Origin: a virus
Virus record (IMG/VR): IMGVR_UViG_3300022907_000005
Span: 32,484-96,483 of that record
Length of the DNA stretch: 64,000 nucleotides
Strand: one strand, 5' to 3'
This document shows, piece after piece, positions 19,904 through 29,637 of the stretch. A program made the position numbers and the translations under genes. The notes under the pieces are model-generated. The model had not been told where the DNA came from and did no database searches. It saw only the letters and a list, made by a program, of their open reading frames with translations. Numbering within the stretch: the stretch's first letter is position 1; the number at the start of each line of letters is the position of its first letter.

Positions 19904-21349
19904 TTACACCGAACCGAATGCTGTTACAGTTCCGAGAACCGTCCAAGCACCAGCAAACCTAATAAGGGTAAAACTAGCAATATCAGTAGCACTCGGAGTT
20001 GACGTAGGAGCTGATGCGCCTTGCCATAAAATTGTCTGAGCCGCACCATCAATCTGAACGGCAGTGGGTAAATACCCCGTGGCTCCTTGACTAATAATTA
20101 GTGCCGCAGAGAGAGTTCTATCATCAGTAGTCGGCACATTAGTAAAGTTAGCAGTGAAATCAGCAGCTACCGAACTATGTATAAACAACGATCTAGAAGT
20201 GATGTCATGAGTAACTACACCGGTTGCACCAGTTAATGTTGTTGCTATTTCCGTAGTTGAACCAAAAGTTGTTAAAGCAGTAAATGATGTAGTAGCAGCA
20301 GGAGGTGTATATGTAAACACACCAGTTGAGTTATCATAAGCAACAGCACCGTCACCTGATGCAGGTGCAGCGGCGCCTACTGAGATATCAGTTAGTGCTA
20401 TTCCTCCGCCACTGCCGATCTCAGTATAATTAGTACCGTCGTTTGTAAATGCCCAATAACCTTCGCTTTCGTCCCAAATTAACGCAACATCAGCAGCTGA
20501 GCCTCTGTTAACGCTTATACCAGCATCTTCAGTTGGAGTGCCGGATGCATCTCTGTTCAATTCGATAATGTTGTCTGCTAAACTTGTAATCTGCGAGTTA
20601 ACAATAGTTTGTGTGCCACTGATTGTGACGTTGCCGTTAAACACTGCGTCATCGCTGTATGTTTTAGCACCTGCGATAGTTTGTGGACCACTGGTTCGGA
20701 CCACTGTGCTGTCTGCTGTCAGGACGCCTGCACTGACGGACACACCATCGCTGCCGGTGAGATATGATGTACCATCAACATATGCTTTTACTGACTGTTG
20801 AGATGGCAATCTAGTAGCACTATTGGAAGAAAAGTTATCTTCGTCAATGAGTGCCGCGGTAATTCTTGCATCTGCTCTAGCATTTGTAAAGTATAGATTG
20901 CTTGACCCTTCACTCAATTCATCAGTGTCTGCTGCTCCAGCAGTAATACTAGCAGTAGTAACAGCGGTCACTCTACCTTTCGCATCTACTGTGACAACAG
21001 GAATAGCCGTAGAGCTACCATAACTAGCAGCGGTGACACCTGAATCAGGAGTTGATATTGTAACCGAGTCTGTGCCTACTGCAACATCAATTTGATTCGA
21101 TGTGCCGTTGACTGTAAGAGGAGTATCAGTTCCTACAACAATGGTAAAAGTATTAGTACCGTCACTAACAGTCCAACCCGCTGTTGAGTTACTTAGGTCA
21201 GCCCTAGCAAATTCTATTCCACCACTAGTAGATCCGTCATGCAAATGCAATGACTTATTAGTAGTGTTTACTGTCAGTTCACCTTCTGCTCCAGTGAACG
21301 AAGACATATCTGAATTGGAACCACGTCTTAACTGTAGTTGCGTAGGCAT
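19904..21349 (-). CDS. Tail fibre protein with an Mtd-N-like N-terminus
   Basis: QLRRGS...GAEGEL...LHDGSTSGG N-terminus; IPVVTVDAKGRVT, EGSSNLYFT and DNIIELN fibre motifs. Confidence 0.72.
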   Translation of the reverse strand: MPTQLQLRRGSNSDMSSFTGAEGELTVNTTNKSLHLHDGSTSGGIEFARADLSNSTAGWTVSDGTNTFTIVVGTDTPLTVNGTSNQIDVAVGTDSVTISTPDSGVTAASYGSSTAIPVVTVDAKGRVTAVTTASITAGAADTDELSEGSSNLYFTNARADARITAALIDEDNFSSNSATRLPSQQSVKAYVDGTSYLTGSDGVSVSAGVLTADSTVVRTSGPQTIAGAKTYSDDAVFNGNVTISGTQTIVNSQITSLADNIIELNRDASGTPTEDAGISVNRGSAADVALIWDESEGYWAFTNDGTNYTEIGSGGGIALTDISVGAAAPASGDGAVAYDNSTGVFTYTPPAATTSFTALTTFGSTTEIATTLTGATGVVTHDITSRSLFIHSSVAADFTANFTNVPTTDDRTLSAALIISQGATGYLPTAVQIDGAAQTILWQGASAPTSTPSATDIASFTLIRFAGAWTVLGTVTAFGSV

Positions 21350-21350
21350 T

Positions 21351-21662
21351 CTAGGTCAACCCTCCGAGATCTTCAATTTGAATAGAACCACTTGGAGTAT
21401 CTAGCGCGTCAAAACTTTGACTTGTTGCTTGACCAAAAGCATCAACCGATAACGCACTGAGATCTCCATAATCTCCTATAGGGAAAACTAGATTGGGATC
21501 ACTCGCAGAAAAGTTAGCAATAGTCTGGATTGCTCCAGACGAATCTCGCATGTACACTGTTTTGTCAGGTATATTTACCGCAATTTCGCCTATCGCAAGA
21601 TCTGATGTACTAGGCGCTGAGTTTGCAGTGTTACTTCTTTTTGGCTTTATTATGTTCGACAT
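21351..21662 (-). CDS. Small fibre-associated protein
   Basis: IKPKRS...PSTSDLAIGEIAVN N-terminus, shared with the 21898-23274 fibre. Confidence 0.6.
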   Translation of the reverse strand: MSNIIKPKRSNTANSAPSTSDLAIGEIAVNIPDKTVYMRDSSGAIQTIANFSASDPNLVFPIGDYGDLSALSVDAFGQATSQSFDALDTPSGSIQIEDLGGLT

Positions 21663-21831
21663 CTGCTTCTACAAACTCGCTTTGTTGTGGTTCTACTTGC
21701 GCGTTGTCATACTCTGCCAATTTCTCATTTGCAATTGCAAGTTTAGATTTAAGCAGAATATTCTCTAAGTTTAAATCATTCATTTGAGATGCGAGTGCAT
21801 TCACATAAGTATTTATTAATTTCTCATCCAT
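21631..21831 (-). CDS. Small coiled-coil hypothetical protein
   Basis: 66 aa with a heptad pattern; downstream of a late promoter. Confidence 0.55.
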   Translation of the reverse strand: MDEKLINTYVNALASQMNDLNLENILLKSKLAIANEKLAEYDNAQVEPQQSEFVEADVEHNKAKKK

Positions 21832-21848
21832 TTCATTATCTCAAAATT

Positions 21849-21888
21849 GAGAGGACTGTATTGTCCTCTCTTCATAATTTTATTTATA
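21849..21888 (-). promoter_or_regulatory. Late promoter (21881-21888) followed by an 8-bp hairpin (21849-21870)
   Basis: TATAAATA on the minus strand; inverted repeat GAGAGGAC-N6-GTCCTCTC. Confidence 0.6.
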
Positions 21889-21897
21889 CTAATTATA

Positions 21898-23274
21898 TTA
21901 GTAGGTTCCGCCATCAATCGTAGCCGCATTAATTGTTTTAGCAGTGTTGCTAGTCAAGAATGTGCCTACTCTCGTATCTGTGTAATACAGATTAGTAGAA
22001 CCTTCGCTAATGTCATCAGTATCATGATTTGATACATCGGAAACTGTGCCTGTAACGTTACCTGTAACGTTACCTGTAACATTGCCTGTTAAGTTGCCTT
22101 CAAATGCAGCGACAAGTGTAGCGACAGTGTACCCTGTTCCTGATTTATTTACTGTTGTGCCTGGAACTGCTTGCAGTGATTTAAATAAATGCCACTTATC
22201 ATCAGATGCATCTCTGAATAAACCAGAGTACAAATCTAGTGATCCAGATGTGTCGTAAAGTCCATAGAAACCTATGTCAACAGCATCAGATGAATCGTTG
22301 CCAGTTGCTAATGAAAACAGCGGATCATTTACTGCTAAGTTTGTAGTATCAACAGTAGTTGTTGATCCACTTACTGTAAGATTTCCTGATACTGTCAAGT
22401 TACCTGATACAGTTGGGTTAGTTGCAAGACCTACTGTCATTGTATCAGTAGCACTTACAACAACATCGATTTCATTTGTTGTGCCACTTACTGTTAGCGT
22501 ATCACCGCCTGCAACAGACTGTGTGTTGGAACCGTCTGACAAAGTAAATGCAGTGCTGATAGCCGCAGTAGAAACCGCAGTTACAAGACCTTTAGCATTT
22601 ACAGTAACAACAGGAATAGCAGTTGTGCTACCGAAGTTACCTACGTTTGAGTTTACAGTAGCCAGTGTACCAGTACCCGTTACGCCGGCAGTACCATCAA
22701 AAGATGCTGATGTATATGCTAGGTCGCCCGTAATGGCAATAGTTCTACCAGTTGCCAATGCAGTTGCAGTGTCGGCATTACCTGTAAGGTCACCAGTTAC
22801 ATCGCCAGTTACGTTACCTGTTACATTACCTGTAAGGTCGCCAGTTACGTCACCAGTTACATTACCTGTAATGTTACCAGTGATATCGCCGATTAAATCG
22901 CCAGTTACGTTACCTGTGATATTACCCGTTACGTTACCAGTAAGGTCACCTGTAAGGTCACCAGTTACATCGCCAGTTACGTTACCTGTAAGATCAGCTG
23001 TAATTGTTCCTGCAGAGAAATCTCCACTTGCGTCTCTCTTAACAAGCTGTAAAGCTGTGTTAGAGGAAGAGGCACCGTCTACAATATCGGTGTAATACTT
23101 ACCACCAATAGCATGAATAGCAGCACCGCCGCTGTTTGTCGATTCGATGTAGAGTTTAGAGCCTACACCATCATTTGCGGTATCCATTGCATATGCAAGT
23201 TCACCTACTGCTAAGTCTGACGTAGTAGGGGCTGTTGCAGCAGACCCACGTTTAATTTGAATGGTCGAAGCCAT
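21898..23274 (-). CDS. Tail fibre protein with G-N/D-V/L/I-T tetrapeptide repeats
   Basis: IQIKRG...DLAVGELAY N-terminus; long (GNVT/GDLT)n runs; DIGFYG and GLFRDASD motifs; ends in IDGGTY. Confidence 0.75.
   Translation of the reverse strand: MASTIQIKRGSAATAPTTSDLAVGELAYAMDTANDGVGSKLYIESTNSGGAAIHAIGGKYYTDIVDGASSSNTALQLVKRDASGDFSAGTITADLTGNVTGDVTGDLTGDLTGNVTGNITGNVTGDLIGDITGNITGNVTGDVTGDLTGNVTGNVTGDVTGDLTGNADTATALATGRTIAITGDLAYTSASFDGTAGVTGTGTLATVNSNVGNFGSTTAIPVVTVNAKGLVTAVSTAAISTAFTLSDGSNTQSVAGGDTLTVSGTTNEIDVVVSATDTMTVGLATNPTVSGNLTVSGNLTVSGSTTTVDTTNLAVNDPLFSLATGNDSSDAVDIGFYGLYDTSGSLDLYSGLFRDASDDKWHLFKSLQAVPGTTVNKSGTGYTVATLVAAFEGNLTGNVTGNVTGNVTGTVSDVSNHDTDDISEGSTNLYYTDTRVGTFLTSNTAKTINAATIDGGTY
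22777..22995 (-). repeat. Coding 12-nt tandem repeat (G-N/D-V/L/I-T)
   Basis: About 18 imperfect units such as CCTGTAACGTTA and CCAGTTACGTTA; a shorter run lies near 22046-22098. Confidence 0.85.
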
Positions 23275-23301
23275 TGTTCTCTCCTAAGTTTATTGAATTT
23301 A

Positions 23302-23634
23302 TTATGACCCGAATGTTCCACCGTCTAACGTTGCGCCTGCATCCAATGTAGCTTGAATTGCAGTAGCTACTGCGGAACTAGTTCCGACTGATTCATCGAC
23401 CTTAGTTTGCAGTGATACGGATTCCCATTTCTCAGTCTCAGCATTATAAACTAGAGTTTCCCCTGTAGCAATTACGCCATCTTCACCCTTATCTAAATTT
23501 CCTATATTGTCTTCTAACTTCGCAATTTTAATCTTGGAAGCGGCTGTTGTAGTAGCGATGATTGTACTGCCGCCGACAGAAACTCTCGCTGAATTGCTAC
23601 CACCTGTAACTCGTACTTGTACTTCATTAGCCAT
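23302..23634 (-). CDS. Small virion protein
   Basis: GETLVYNAETEKWE motif; ends in LDGGTF like the neighbouring fibre proteins. Confidence 0.6.
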   Translation of the reverse strand: MANEVQVRVTGGSNSARVSVGGSTIIATTTAASKIKIAKLEDNIGNLDKGEDGVIATGETLVYNAETEKWESVSLQTKVDESVGTSSAVATAIQATLDAGATLDGGTFGS

Positions 23635-23661
23635 GTTATTTCGCTACCTCTTGCTTCTGAA

Positions 23662-23997
23662 TTACTTTGTTGCTTCTGGGGTAACTGTTACGATACCTTC
23701 AATTACTCTAAGCGTTTCAGAGTCTGCAATTGAGACTACTTCTAAATCATACACATACCTACCTGCCTTCAATGTACTGGTCTGTGTTGCAGTTAAAGAT
23801 AGCGTTATTACGCCTCCAGTAACATCAGTTTTTACTGCTGTAAATGCAGTATAAGTATTAGTGTAATAACTTTTACGAATGTGTGCAGTGGGTGTGTAGT
23901 TGGTCAGGTCTTTAGCTGTTCCATCTGGATTTGTCATGTTTACCACAATAGAAAACGTGGTACCCTGATCGATTAGCAAATTGTTGATAGTAGCCAT
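23662..23997 (-). CDS. Ig-fold / adaptor-type virion protein
   Basis: NLLIDQGTTF...GRYVYDLEV...RVIEGIVTVTP pattern, common in marine T4-like tail regions. Confidence 0.65.
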   Translation of the reverse strand: MATINNLLIDQGTTFSIVVNMTNPDGTAKDLTNYTPTAHIRKSYYTNTYTAFTAVKTDVTGGVITLSLTATQTSTLKAGRYVYDLEVVSIADSETLRVIEGIVTVTPEATK

Positions 23998-24019
23998 ACC
24001 GCACCCTTAAAGTTTATAT

Positions 24020-24031
24020 TATTTATAATAA
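24020..24031. promoter_or_regulatory. Divergent promoter region
   Basis: TATAAATA on the minus strand at 24020-24027 overlaps a plus-strand TATAATAA at 24024-24031, just upstream of the GT cluster ATG at 24042. Confidence 0.55.
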
Positions 24032-24041
24032 CACGAAACTT

Positions 24042-24728
24042 ATGAAAACTATACTCACCCTGAAATATGGGAACAAGTACAGCGCGTCTGATGTAAACAC
24101 TATTTATGACGCTACTGAGGGCGCATATAACTATGTTTGCTTGACTGACGATCCTATAGGACTTTACAGTGACATAAAAACAGTGCCCGTCGATGCTGAG
24201 TATGGTCATTGGAACAAGGTTCTAATGCTAGGTCTAAAGGATCTAGGTGACGTACTGTACTTAGATTTAGATGTCCATTTACAGCAATCAATTGTTGACA
24301 TCTGGAAGCATTGTCAGTATACTGCGTCTGTCGCTTTCACATACTGGAAATCAGATACTTTTCCGACTAAGCGTTTAGAGTCTAATCCAGACCCTATGAT
24401 GAGCTATCTCGGAAACTACAATTCAAGCGTTATGCTATGGCGAAGTGGTCACTGCAATCACATAGTAGATAAATTTGTAGCAGATGAAGATTACTACATG
24501 GTTAAGTATTGCGGTGGCGATGATCGATTTCTTTGGCATGAATGCGAGTTGAATGCATTGCCTAAAGGATTGATATACTCATACGTCTATGGCGCAGACT
24601 ATATATATGATAACAAATCATTTGAATACCGACCTGACTATATGATCGCCTTGTTGAATGGGATTGATCGACACAAAAATGTGAGACAACGATACTATGA
24701 TGCACTTTCTGTGCATGAAATGGGGTGA
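24042..24728 (+). CDS. GT-A glycosyltransferase, K(W/Y)GxKY family, paralogue 1
   Basis: LKYGNKY, CLTDD, WNKV, YLDLD (DxD), NSSVMLW and GDD motifs. Confidence 0.75.
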   Translation: MKTILTLKYGNKYSASDVNTIYDATEGAYNYVCLTDDPIGLYSDIKTVPVDAEYGHWNKVLMLGLKDLGDVLYLDLDVHLQQSIVDIWKHCQYTASVAFTYWKSDTFPTKRLESNPDPMMSYLGNYNSSVMLWRSGHCNHIVDKFVADEDYYMVKYCGGDDRFLWHECELNALPKGLIYSYVYGADYIYDNKSFEYRPDYMIALLNGIDRHKNVRQRYYDALSVHEMG

Positions 24729-26904
24729 TAAGTATTCCCCTGATTATGTAAACAATCTTTACCACATGGTCAATAGAAATTATAGTAAGAGATTTAAATT
24801 CTTTTGCTATACTGACGATGCCTCTGGATTAGAGAAAGGAATACAAGTCAGAGCGATTCCTGACATAAAGCCATTGCATCCCAAGCACTGGTTTGGCAGA
24901 GAAAATTACTGCTGGGACAGAGCAAAGTTTCTACTGTTCAATTCTCACTACTGGCTAAAAACGAAAGGACCCTTTTGCTACTTTGATTTAGACGTTGTTA
25001 TTCAAAATAACATCGATGACTTTTTCGAGTTAGCAACCGCTGGTCCGCATATGGTTTACAGTAACTGGGATGACCCAGCAAATCTGAATCATAGAGCATT
25101 TAAAAATATCAAAGGCACTCCTTATAATTCTAGCGTCATGCTATGGAATAGTGATCAGTGTGAAAAAATATACAATGATGTAATTAAGAATACAGATGTT
25201 GTATTTAAAACATTCTTCAAAGGATCTGATAATTATCACTACTGGCGTGAAGAACACGTTGTGGGTAAAAACTTTTGGAAGTTTCTATCTGATGATTCTG
25301 TCTACTCTTACAATAGGGGTAGAAAATTCCCTGAAGATATTGAAGAACATCTGTACAGAGAAGATGCGCAAATATGTCTGTTCAACACAGACTTAGTTCC
25401 AGGTGATCGCGTACAATACAAGCCGCACGAATTGCAGAAAGACTATGACTTGCTGATTCACTGGCATGGTAAAGATGACTTTGAAAGATTGTGGTTACCT
25501 AAGCTGCCTGAAAACTTCTTTGACTATACTACAAAAGACCTAAAAATAATTCAAGACATGGTTGATAGAGAAGACCATGTACAAATAGCAGATAAGTTTT
25601 TATCTGAGTTCCCTAGATTCACGCGAGAATGGGGTAGATATCACAAAGACTACGACAAGATGAAAAACTGGTTGCAGTTTGAATGGTTGAAAGAACGAGC
25701 GATCACAGACCGGTATTTGAATTATGAAGCACATCAACTCATAAAAGAAAACTATGATTCTGGTGATCTTGTTTCTATGCATAAAACATTTGTCGATGCG
25801 TTTCCAGAAGATACTACTATCAAAGAAGCTGATCAGAGTATGCTATGGAACATGTCATACGAAGAGATCTGTGAGACCTTCGATACACTGTATGCATATC
25901 AACGACAAGATTGGCTAATGCAACAGTACAAAGAGAACGGACCGTCTGTTTTCTTTTGGCATGCGACTTATAATGAGCTTGCTGAGTTGTACAAAAAATA
26001 CTACTTCCACAATCTGACTGAGTTGTTTTACGATGAAAGATACGAAGAAGTATTTGAGAGACTCTACAACATCATGCCTAGAGAAGAGTTGCTGCGTGTT
26101 CTGAATCAACAGGGCGATGATAATACGCTGTTTAAATATTTTCAGAGTTACGGCGAAGAGTTTAGCGACTTGTACAAAGGGCTGTATGATGAGAAGCCTG
26201 ACGGTGCAATCATACAAATGTCTACTGCTAGAAATGATACGGGCAACGAATTCAACGATATCTTTATTGATGGGCAAGAAATGTCTGCAAAGAAACTCGG
26301 TGAGATATTTGATGGGTACGATGTAAATTGGATTACACTCTCATGCGAAATAGCAGAGCCTGTATTGTGCGACAATTTTACAGAGGTGTGTGAGTTCTTT
26401 AATAAGCGAAACATCCCTATAACTCTGCAAACTAGATTAAAAAATCTAGTATTAGATGTTGATGTCGCTGAAATAGTTTACCTCCCACCTGAAGAAATAT
26501 CTGAAGAAGAACAGTCTGTGCAGGACACGATTGATAACAACAAGCCCGTCGATTTAGAAACTCTGCGTAAGTTCTATCACACTATAGAGACTCGCAATAG
26601 AAGAACAAAAGCAAAAGACAAAGATCCTGTTTGGTGCGATGCAAGAAAGAGTTCATACTTCTACATAAACTCTGCGGGCAATACTTTCCCATGTGCATTC
26701 ATTGCAAGAGATGTCACCGAAAACAAATTATTTCCGTATCATCCTATTGACTACCCTTTCAATATGCAGTATAATGATAGTACAAAGTTTCCTATTGAAG
26801 AGATAATATATAATAGCGATATGCAAAACATAAGTGAACATTTAAAGAGAAATCCTTTGCCTATATGCAAGAAGAAGTGTGGAGATTGTAATGCGTCGTG
26901 TTAA
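24697..26904 (+). CDS. GT-A glycosyltransferase (paralogue 2) fused to a helical region and a degenerate radical-SAM/SPASM-like domain
   Basis: N-terminal KWGDKY, CYTDD, YFDLD and NSSVMLW motifs; C-terminal C...YINSAGNTFPC...ICKKKCG. Confidence 0.7.
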   Translation: MMHFLCMKWGDKYSPDYVNNLYHMVNRNYSKRFKFFCYTDDASGLEKGIQVRAIPDIKPLHPKHWFGRENYCWDRAKFLLFNSHYWLKTKGPFCYFDLDVVIQNNIDDFFELATAGPHMVYSNWDDPANLNHRAFKNIKGTPYNSSVMLWNSDQCEKIYNDVIKNTDVVFKTFFKGSDNYHYWREEHVVGKNFWKFLSDDSVYSYNRGRKFPEDIEEHLYREDAQICLFNTDLVPGDRVQYKPHELQKDYDLLIHWHGKDDFERLWLPKLPENFFDYTTKDLKIIQDMVDREDHVQIADKFLSEFPRFTREWGRYHKDYDKMKNWLQFEWLKERAITDRYLNYEAHQLIKENYDSGDLVSMHKTFVDAFPEDTTIKEADQSMLWNMSYEEICETFDTLYAYQRQDWLMQQYKENGPSVFFWHATYNELAELYKKYYFHNLTELFYDERYEEVFERLYNIMPREELLRVLNQQGDDNTLFKYFQSYGEEFSDLYKGLYDEKPDGAIIQMSTARNDTGNEFNDIFIDGQEMSAKKLGEIFDGYDVNWITLSCEIAEPVLCDNFTEVCEFFNKRNIPITLQTRLKNLVLDVDVAEIVYLPPEEISEEEQSVQDTIDNNKPVDLETLRKFYHTIETRNRRTKAKDKDPVWCDARKSSYFYINSAGNTFPCAFIARDVTENKLFPYHPIDYPFNMQYNDSTKFPIEEIIYNSDMQNISEHLKRNPLPICKKKCGDCNASC

Positions 26905-27706
26905 TTATGTTTGCTCTAAGTGGGGTACGAAATACGGTCCGCATTTTGTGAACCGACTTAAAAATATGGCATTCAGAAATACTTCATCTGAGTTTGAAGC
27001 GCATTTCTATTGCTATACCGATAATGCAGAGGGTTTAGATGCCGACATCAATGTTATCGATTTTCCTGATATTCCTAATATCCATCCTAAGTATTGGTTT
27101 GGTGCTGAAGATTTTAAGTATGGTATGGCTCGTTGTTGGGACAGGCCTAAGACTTTTGTTTTCAACACTCACAATTTTGCTCATGACAAGCCTACTGGTC
27201 GTTTTGTTTTTTTCGATCTCGATGTTATCATCCAACGCGACCTTACTCCTATTATAACATATAACTTGGAGCGACCTACTAAGATGAAGTCTTGGTGGCA
27301 AGATCCTAGACCAATGAATACGAGACGATTTAAACTTTCCCATGGTGCGTATACTAATGGTAGTTGCCAAGTCTGGAGTGACGATCAATGCGAACCTATT
27401 TGGAATGATGTATTAGAAAATCAAGAAAAGATATGGTTCACATTTACTGATGGTACCGACAATTATCATAGTTGGCGTTGGGGTAGATATGGCGCAGATC
27501 TCTGGGATCACTTTCCCAGCTGGATGGCATACTCTTACAATCGAGGCAGGTCGTGGGACGAAGATGATTTGAATGTAGGTATCTACAGGGACAATTGCAT
27601 CGTATGTGTGTTCAATGTTGACTTACTTCCGTTTGAAGATGAAAGCAGAGGTAGCACGAAACAAGATGAATTGGTAGATCCAAATTTACTGGCACATTGG
27701 AAATGA
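26891..27706 (+). CDS. GT-A glycosyltransferase, paralogue 3
   Basis: Probable start MRRVNY at 26891; KWGTKY, CYTD, FFDLD, GTDNYH and YSYNRG motifs, closest to paralogue 2. Confidence 0.75.
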   Translation: MRRVNYVCSKWGTKYGPHFVNRLKNMAFRNTSSEFEAHFYCYTDNAEGLDADINVIDFPDIPNIHPKYWFGAEDFKYGMARCWDRPKTFVFNTHNFAHDKPTGRFVFFDLDVIIQRDLTPIITYNLERPTKMKSWWQDPRPMNTRRFKLSHGAYTNGSCQVWSDDQCEPIWNDVLENQEKIWFTFTDGTDNYHSWRWGRYGADLWDHFPSWMAYSYNRGRSWDEDDLNVGIYRDNCIVCVFNVDLLPFEDESRGSTKQDELVDPNLLAHWK

Positions 27707-28284
27707 ACGAAATACGAGTTTGGAATAATCGAAACTGGCTTTGGCCTGTAGAAGATTATTTCTGCTGGAGAGACAACACACATTTCCATGCTACAATGCC
27801 GTATGATATTATTGATACGATAGGCAATGTTTCAACAGTAGTCCACGCAGGAGGTAACTGCGGCATCTATACGTCAATGTATGCATCGCTTGCAAATGAA
27901 GTTATAACATTTGAGCCAGAGCTAAACAATTTTAAATGCCTGTTGCATAATGTGTATGAAGAGAATGTGATAATGCATAACGCAGCATTGGGTGATAAGA
28001 CTACTGGTGTTAGTATTTCAATAGATCCAATAAACGCTGGCGCATCTTATGTAATAGGAGAGGGGCTTATACCTCAAGTTAGACTAGATGATTATAACTA
28101 TGCTCCCGACTTGTTGCATTTAGATGTAGAAGGGTACGAAGAGTATGCATTGTTAGGCGCACTTGAAACTATAGAAGAACATCGACCTGCCATTGTGCTT
28201 GAAAGAGGCAATGGTGAAGATATAATTTACGATTTAGGATATAAGAGCGTGAAAAAATTCGGTCTAGACTGGCTTTACATATGA
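27703..28284 (+). CDS. FkbM-family SAM-dependent methyltransferase
   Basis: VHAGGNCGIY, TFEP, NAALG, LHLDVEGYE and RPAIVLE motifs; ATGA overlaps with both neighbours. Confidence 0.88.
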   Translation: MNEIRVWNNRNWLWPVEDYFCWRDNTHFHATMPYDIIDTIGNVSTVVHAGGNCGIYTSMYASLANEVITFEPELNNFKCLLHNVYEENVIMHNAALGDKTTGVSISIDPINAGASYVIGEGLIPQVRLDDYNYAPDLLHLDVEGYEEYALLGALETIEEHRPAIVLERGNGEDIIYDLGYKSVKKFGLDWLYI

Positions 28285-28955
28285 ACATTTATACTGTGAA
28301 ATGGGGCAGCAAATATGTTGCTTCTCATGTAAATCAGTTACTGGATAGCTGTAAGCAGCATCTGAGTTGCCCTTTTCAATTTCATTGCATCACTGAAGAT
28401 GGTGAAGGATTGTCAGAAGAAATAAATGTTATTCCCATTCCAGAGAACAATCGTATGGAAAAGTGGTGGAATAAAATGTATCTGTTTGATGATTTGATTG
28501 TCACTCAGAAAGGTGAAAAAATGTTCTTTGACTTGGATGTAATCATACAGAAAAATATTGATGTGATTGCAGAATGGGAAACGGGTGACTGCTTGACATT
28601 CGTTAAGACATGGTGGCATGACTTGGATGATTCGTATGAAAACACTCGCCACATCCCGCATAAATATACAGACTTAAACTCTAGTGTTCTACGTTGGAAT
28701 GATTCACTTGATACTAGGGCAATCAAAGAATACTTTTTAAAGTATAAGAAGCAAATTTTATGGTATTATCGTGGGCTTGACAATTTCTTTTATAATAGAA
28801 GAGTAGTAAAGCAGAAACTGTTTCCAATAGGTTGGGTGTATAGTTTCAATCAGGGCTTCTTGTTTCCGCAAGATACCGAAAAACATGTCTATAGGGAATT
28901 GCCCTATATTTGTATTTTTGACTCAATGGGAAAAAGTGAAGATGTCAAATTCTAA
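28281..28955 (+). CDS. GT-A glycosyltransferase, paralogue 4
   Basis: KWGSKY, CITED, WWNKM, FFDLD, NSSVLRW and GLDNF motifs. Confidence 0.75.
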   Translation: MNIYTVKWGSKYVASHVNQLLDSCKQHLSCPFQFHCITEDGEGLSEEINVIPIPENNRMEKWWNKMYLFDDLIVTQKGEKMFFDLDVIIQKNIDVIAEWETGDCLTFVKTWWHDLDDSYENTRHIPHKYTDLNSSVLRWNDSLDTRAIKEYFLKYKKQILWYYRGLDNFFYNRRVVKQKLFPIGWVYSFNQGFLFPQDTEKHVYRELPYICIFDSMGKSEDVKF

Positions 28956-29637
28956 GTTGAACAGTAACTTTCTGAATAACTATAAAAACTGGGGTGAAGC
29001 GATGCATGTGATCGAAAGACGCATGCCGCACAAGCTGACAGATTTTCGTGAATCATTGTCTAATAATAACGTCGAAGCGAGTATATGGCTCGTTGAAGAA
29101 CTGAAAGAATATCTTGAGGAGCATTATCTAAAGACAGGTAACTTGCGTGTACTGATATTGAATTCTTGGCTCGGCATTCCAATGGTACCATTGTTGTGTG
29201 AGAATCTAGATATTTCACAGTTGCATTTGGTTGATATAGACGAAGAGGCAATTGAACTATCTAAGATTTTTCACAAGTACTACGCGCAAGAAAAGTTCAT
29301 CAAGACTAGGCATCACAACCTAGACATCCCGTTTGAATTTGACAATCTAAACAAGATTGAAGTTGATGTTGTAGTGTGCGTTCAGACTGAACAGATGTAT
29401 CCTCTCAAAGATCTACGAACAAAGAATCCGCATGCTGTGTTCGCATTGCAAAATAGCAATGTCGTAGAAGAGATGTATGGCATAAATTGTGTTGATTCAA
29501 TCGATGCACTTAAAGATCAGATTGGATTGGATGAGGTGAACTACGAAGGCTCTAGACCGCAAAACTATTATGCTTGGGACGGTAAGAAAGAGTTTGAAAG
29601 GTATATGATTATCGGTCAACGAGACGGGCTGCTTTAA
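28942..29637 (+). CDS. Class I methyltransferase-fold protein with a degenerate glycine motif
   Basis: Probable start MSNSK at 28942; VLILNSWLG, HLVDIDEEA, DVVVCVQTEQM, LQNSN and RYMIIG motifs. Confidence 0.55.
   Translation: MSNSKLNSNFLNNYKNWGEAMHVIERRMPHKLTDFRESLSNNNVEASIWLVEELKEYLEEHYLKTGNLRVLILNSWLGIPMVPLLCENLDISQLHLVDIDEEAIELSKIFHKYYAQEKFIKTRHHNLDIPFEFDNLNKIEVDVVVCVQTEQMYPLKDLRTKNPHAVFALQNSNVVEEMYGINCVDSIDALKDQIGLDEVNYEGSRPQNYYAWDGKKEFERYMIIGQRDGLL

Noticed and set aside
16405-21349. Diversity-generating retroelement suggested by Mtd-N-like domains
   Set aside because: No reverse transcriptase is present, and I found no template/variable repeat pair differing at adenines in this window.
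22046-22995. CRISPR-like or satellite repeat
   Set aside because: The 12-nt units are in-frame coding repeats with synonymous variation and no spacers.
22274-23095. Long antisense ORFs (also 35543-36022, 47917-48540, 54444-55070, 56410-57234, 57241-57867)
   Set aside because: They are shadows of real genes caused by codon bias, giving low-complexity V/P/S/T translations.
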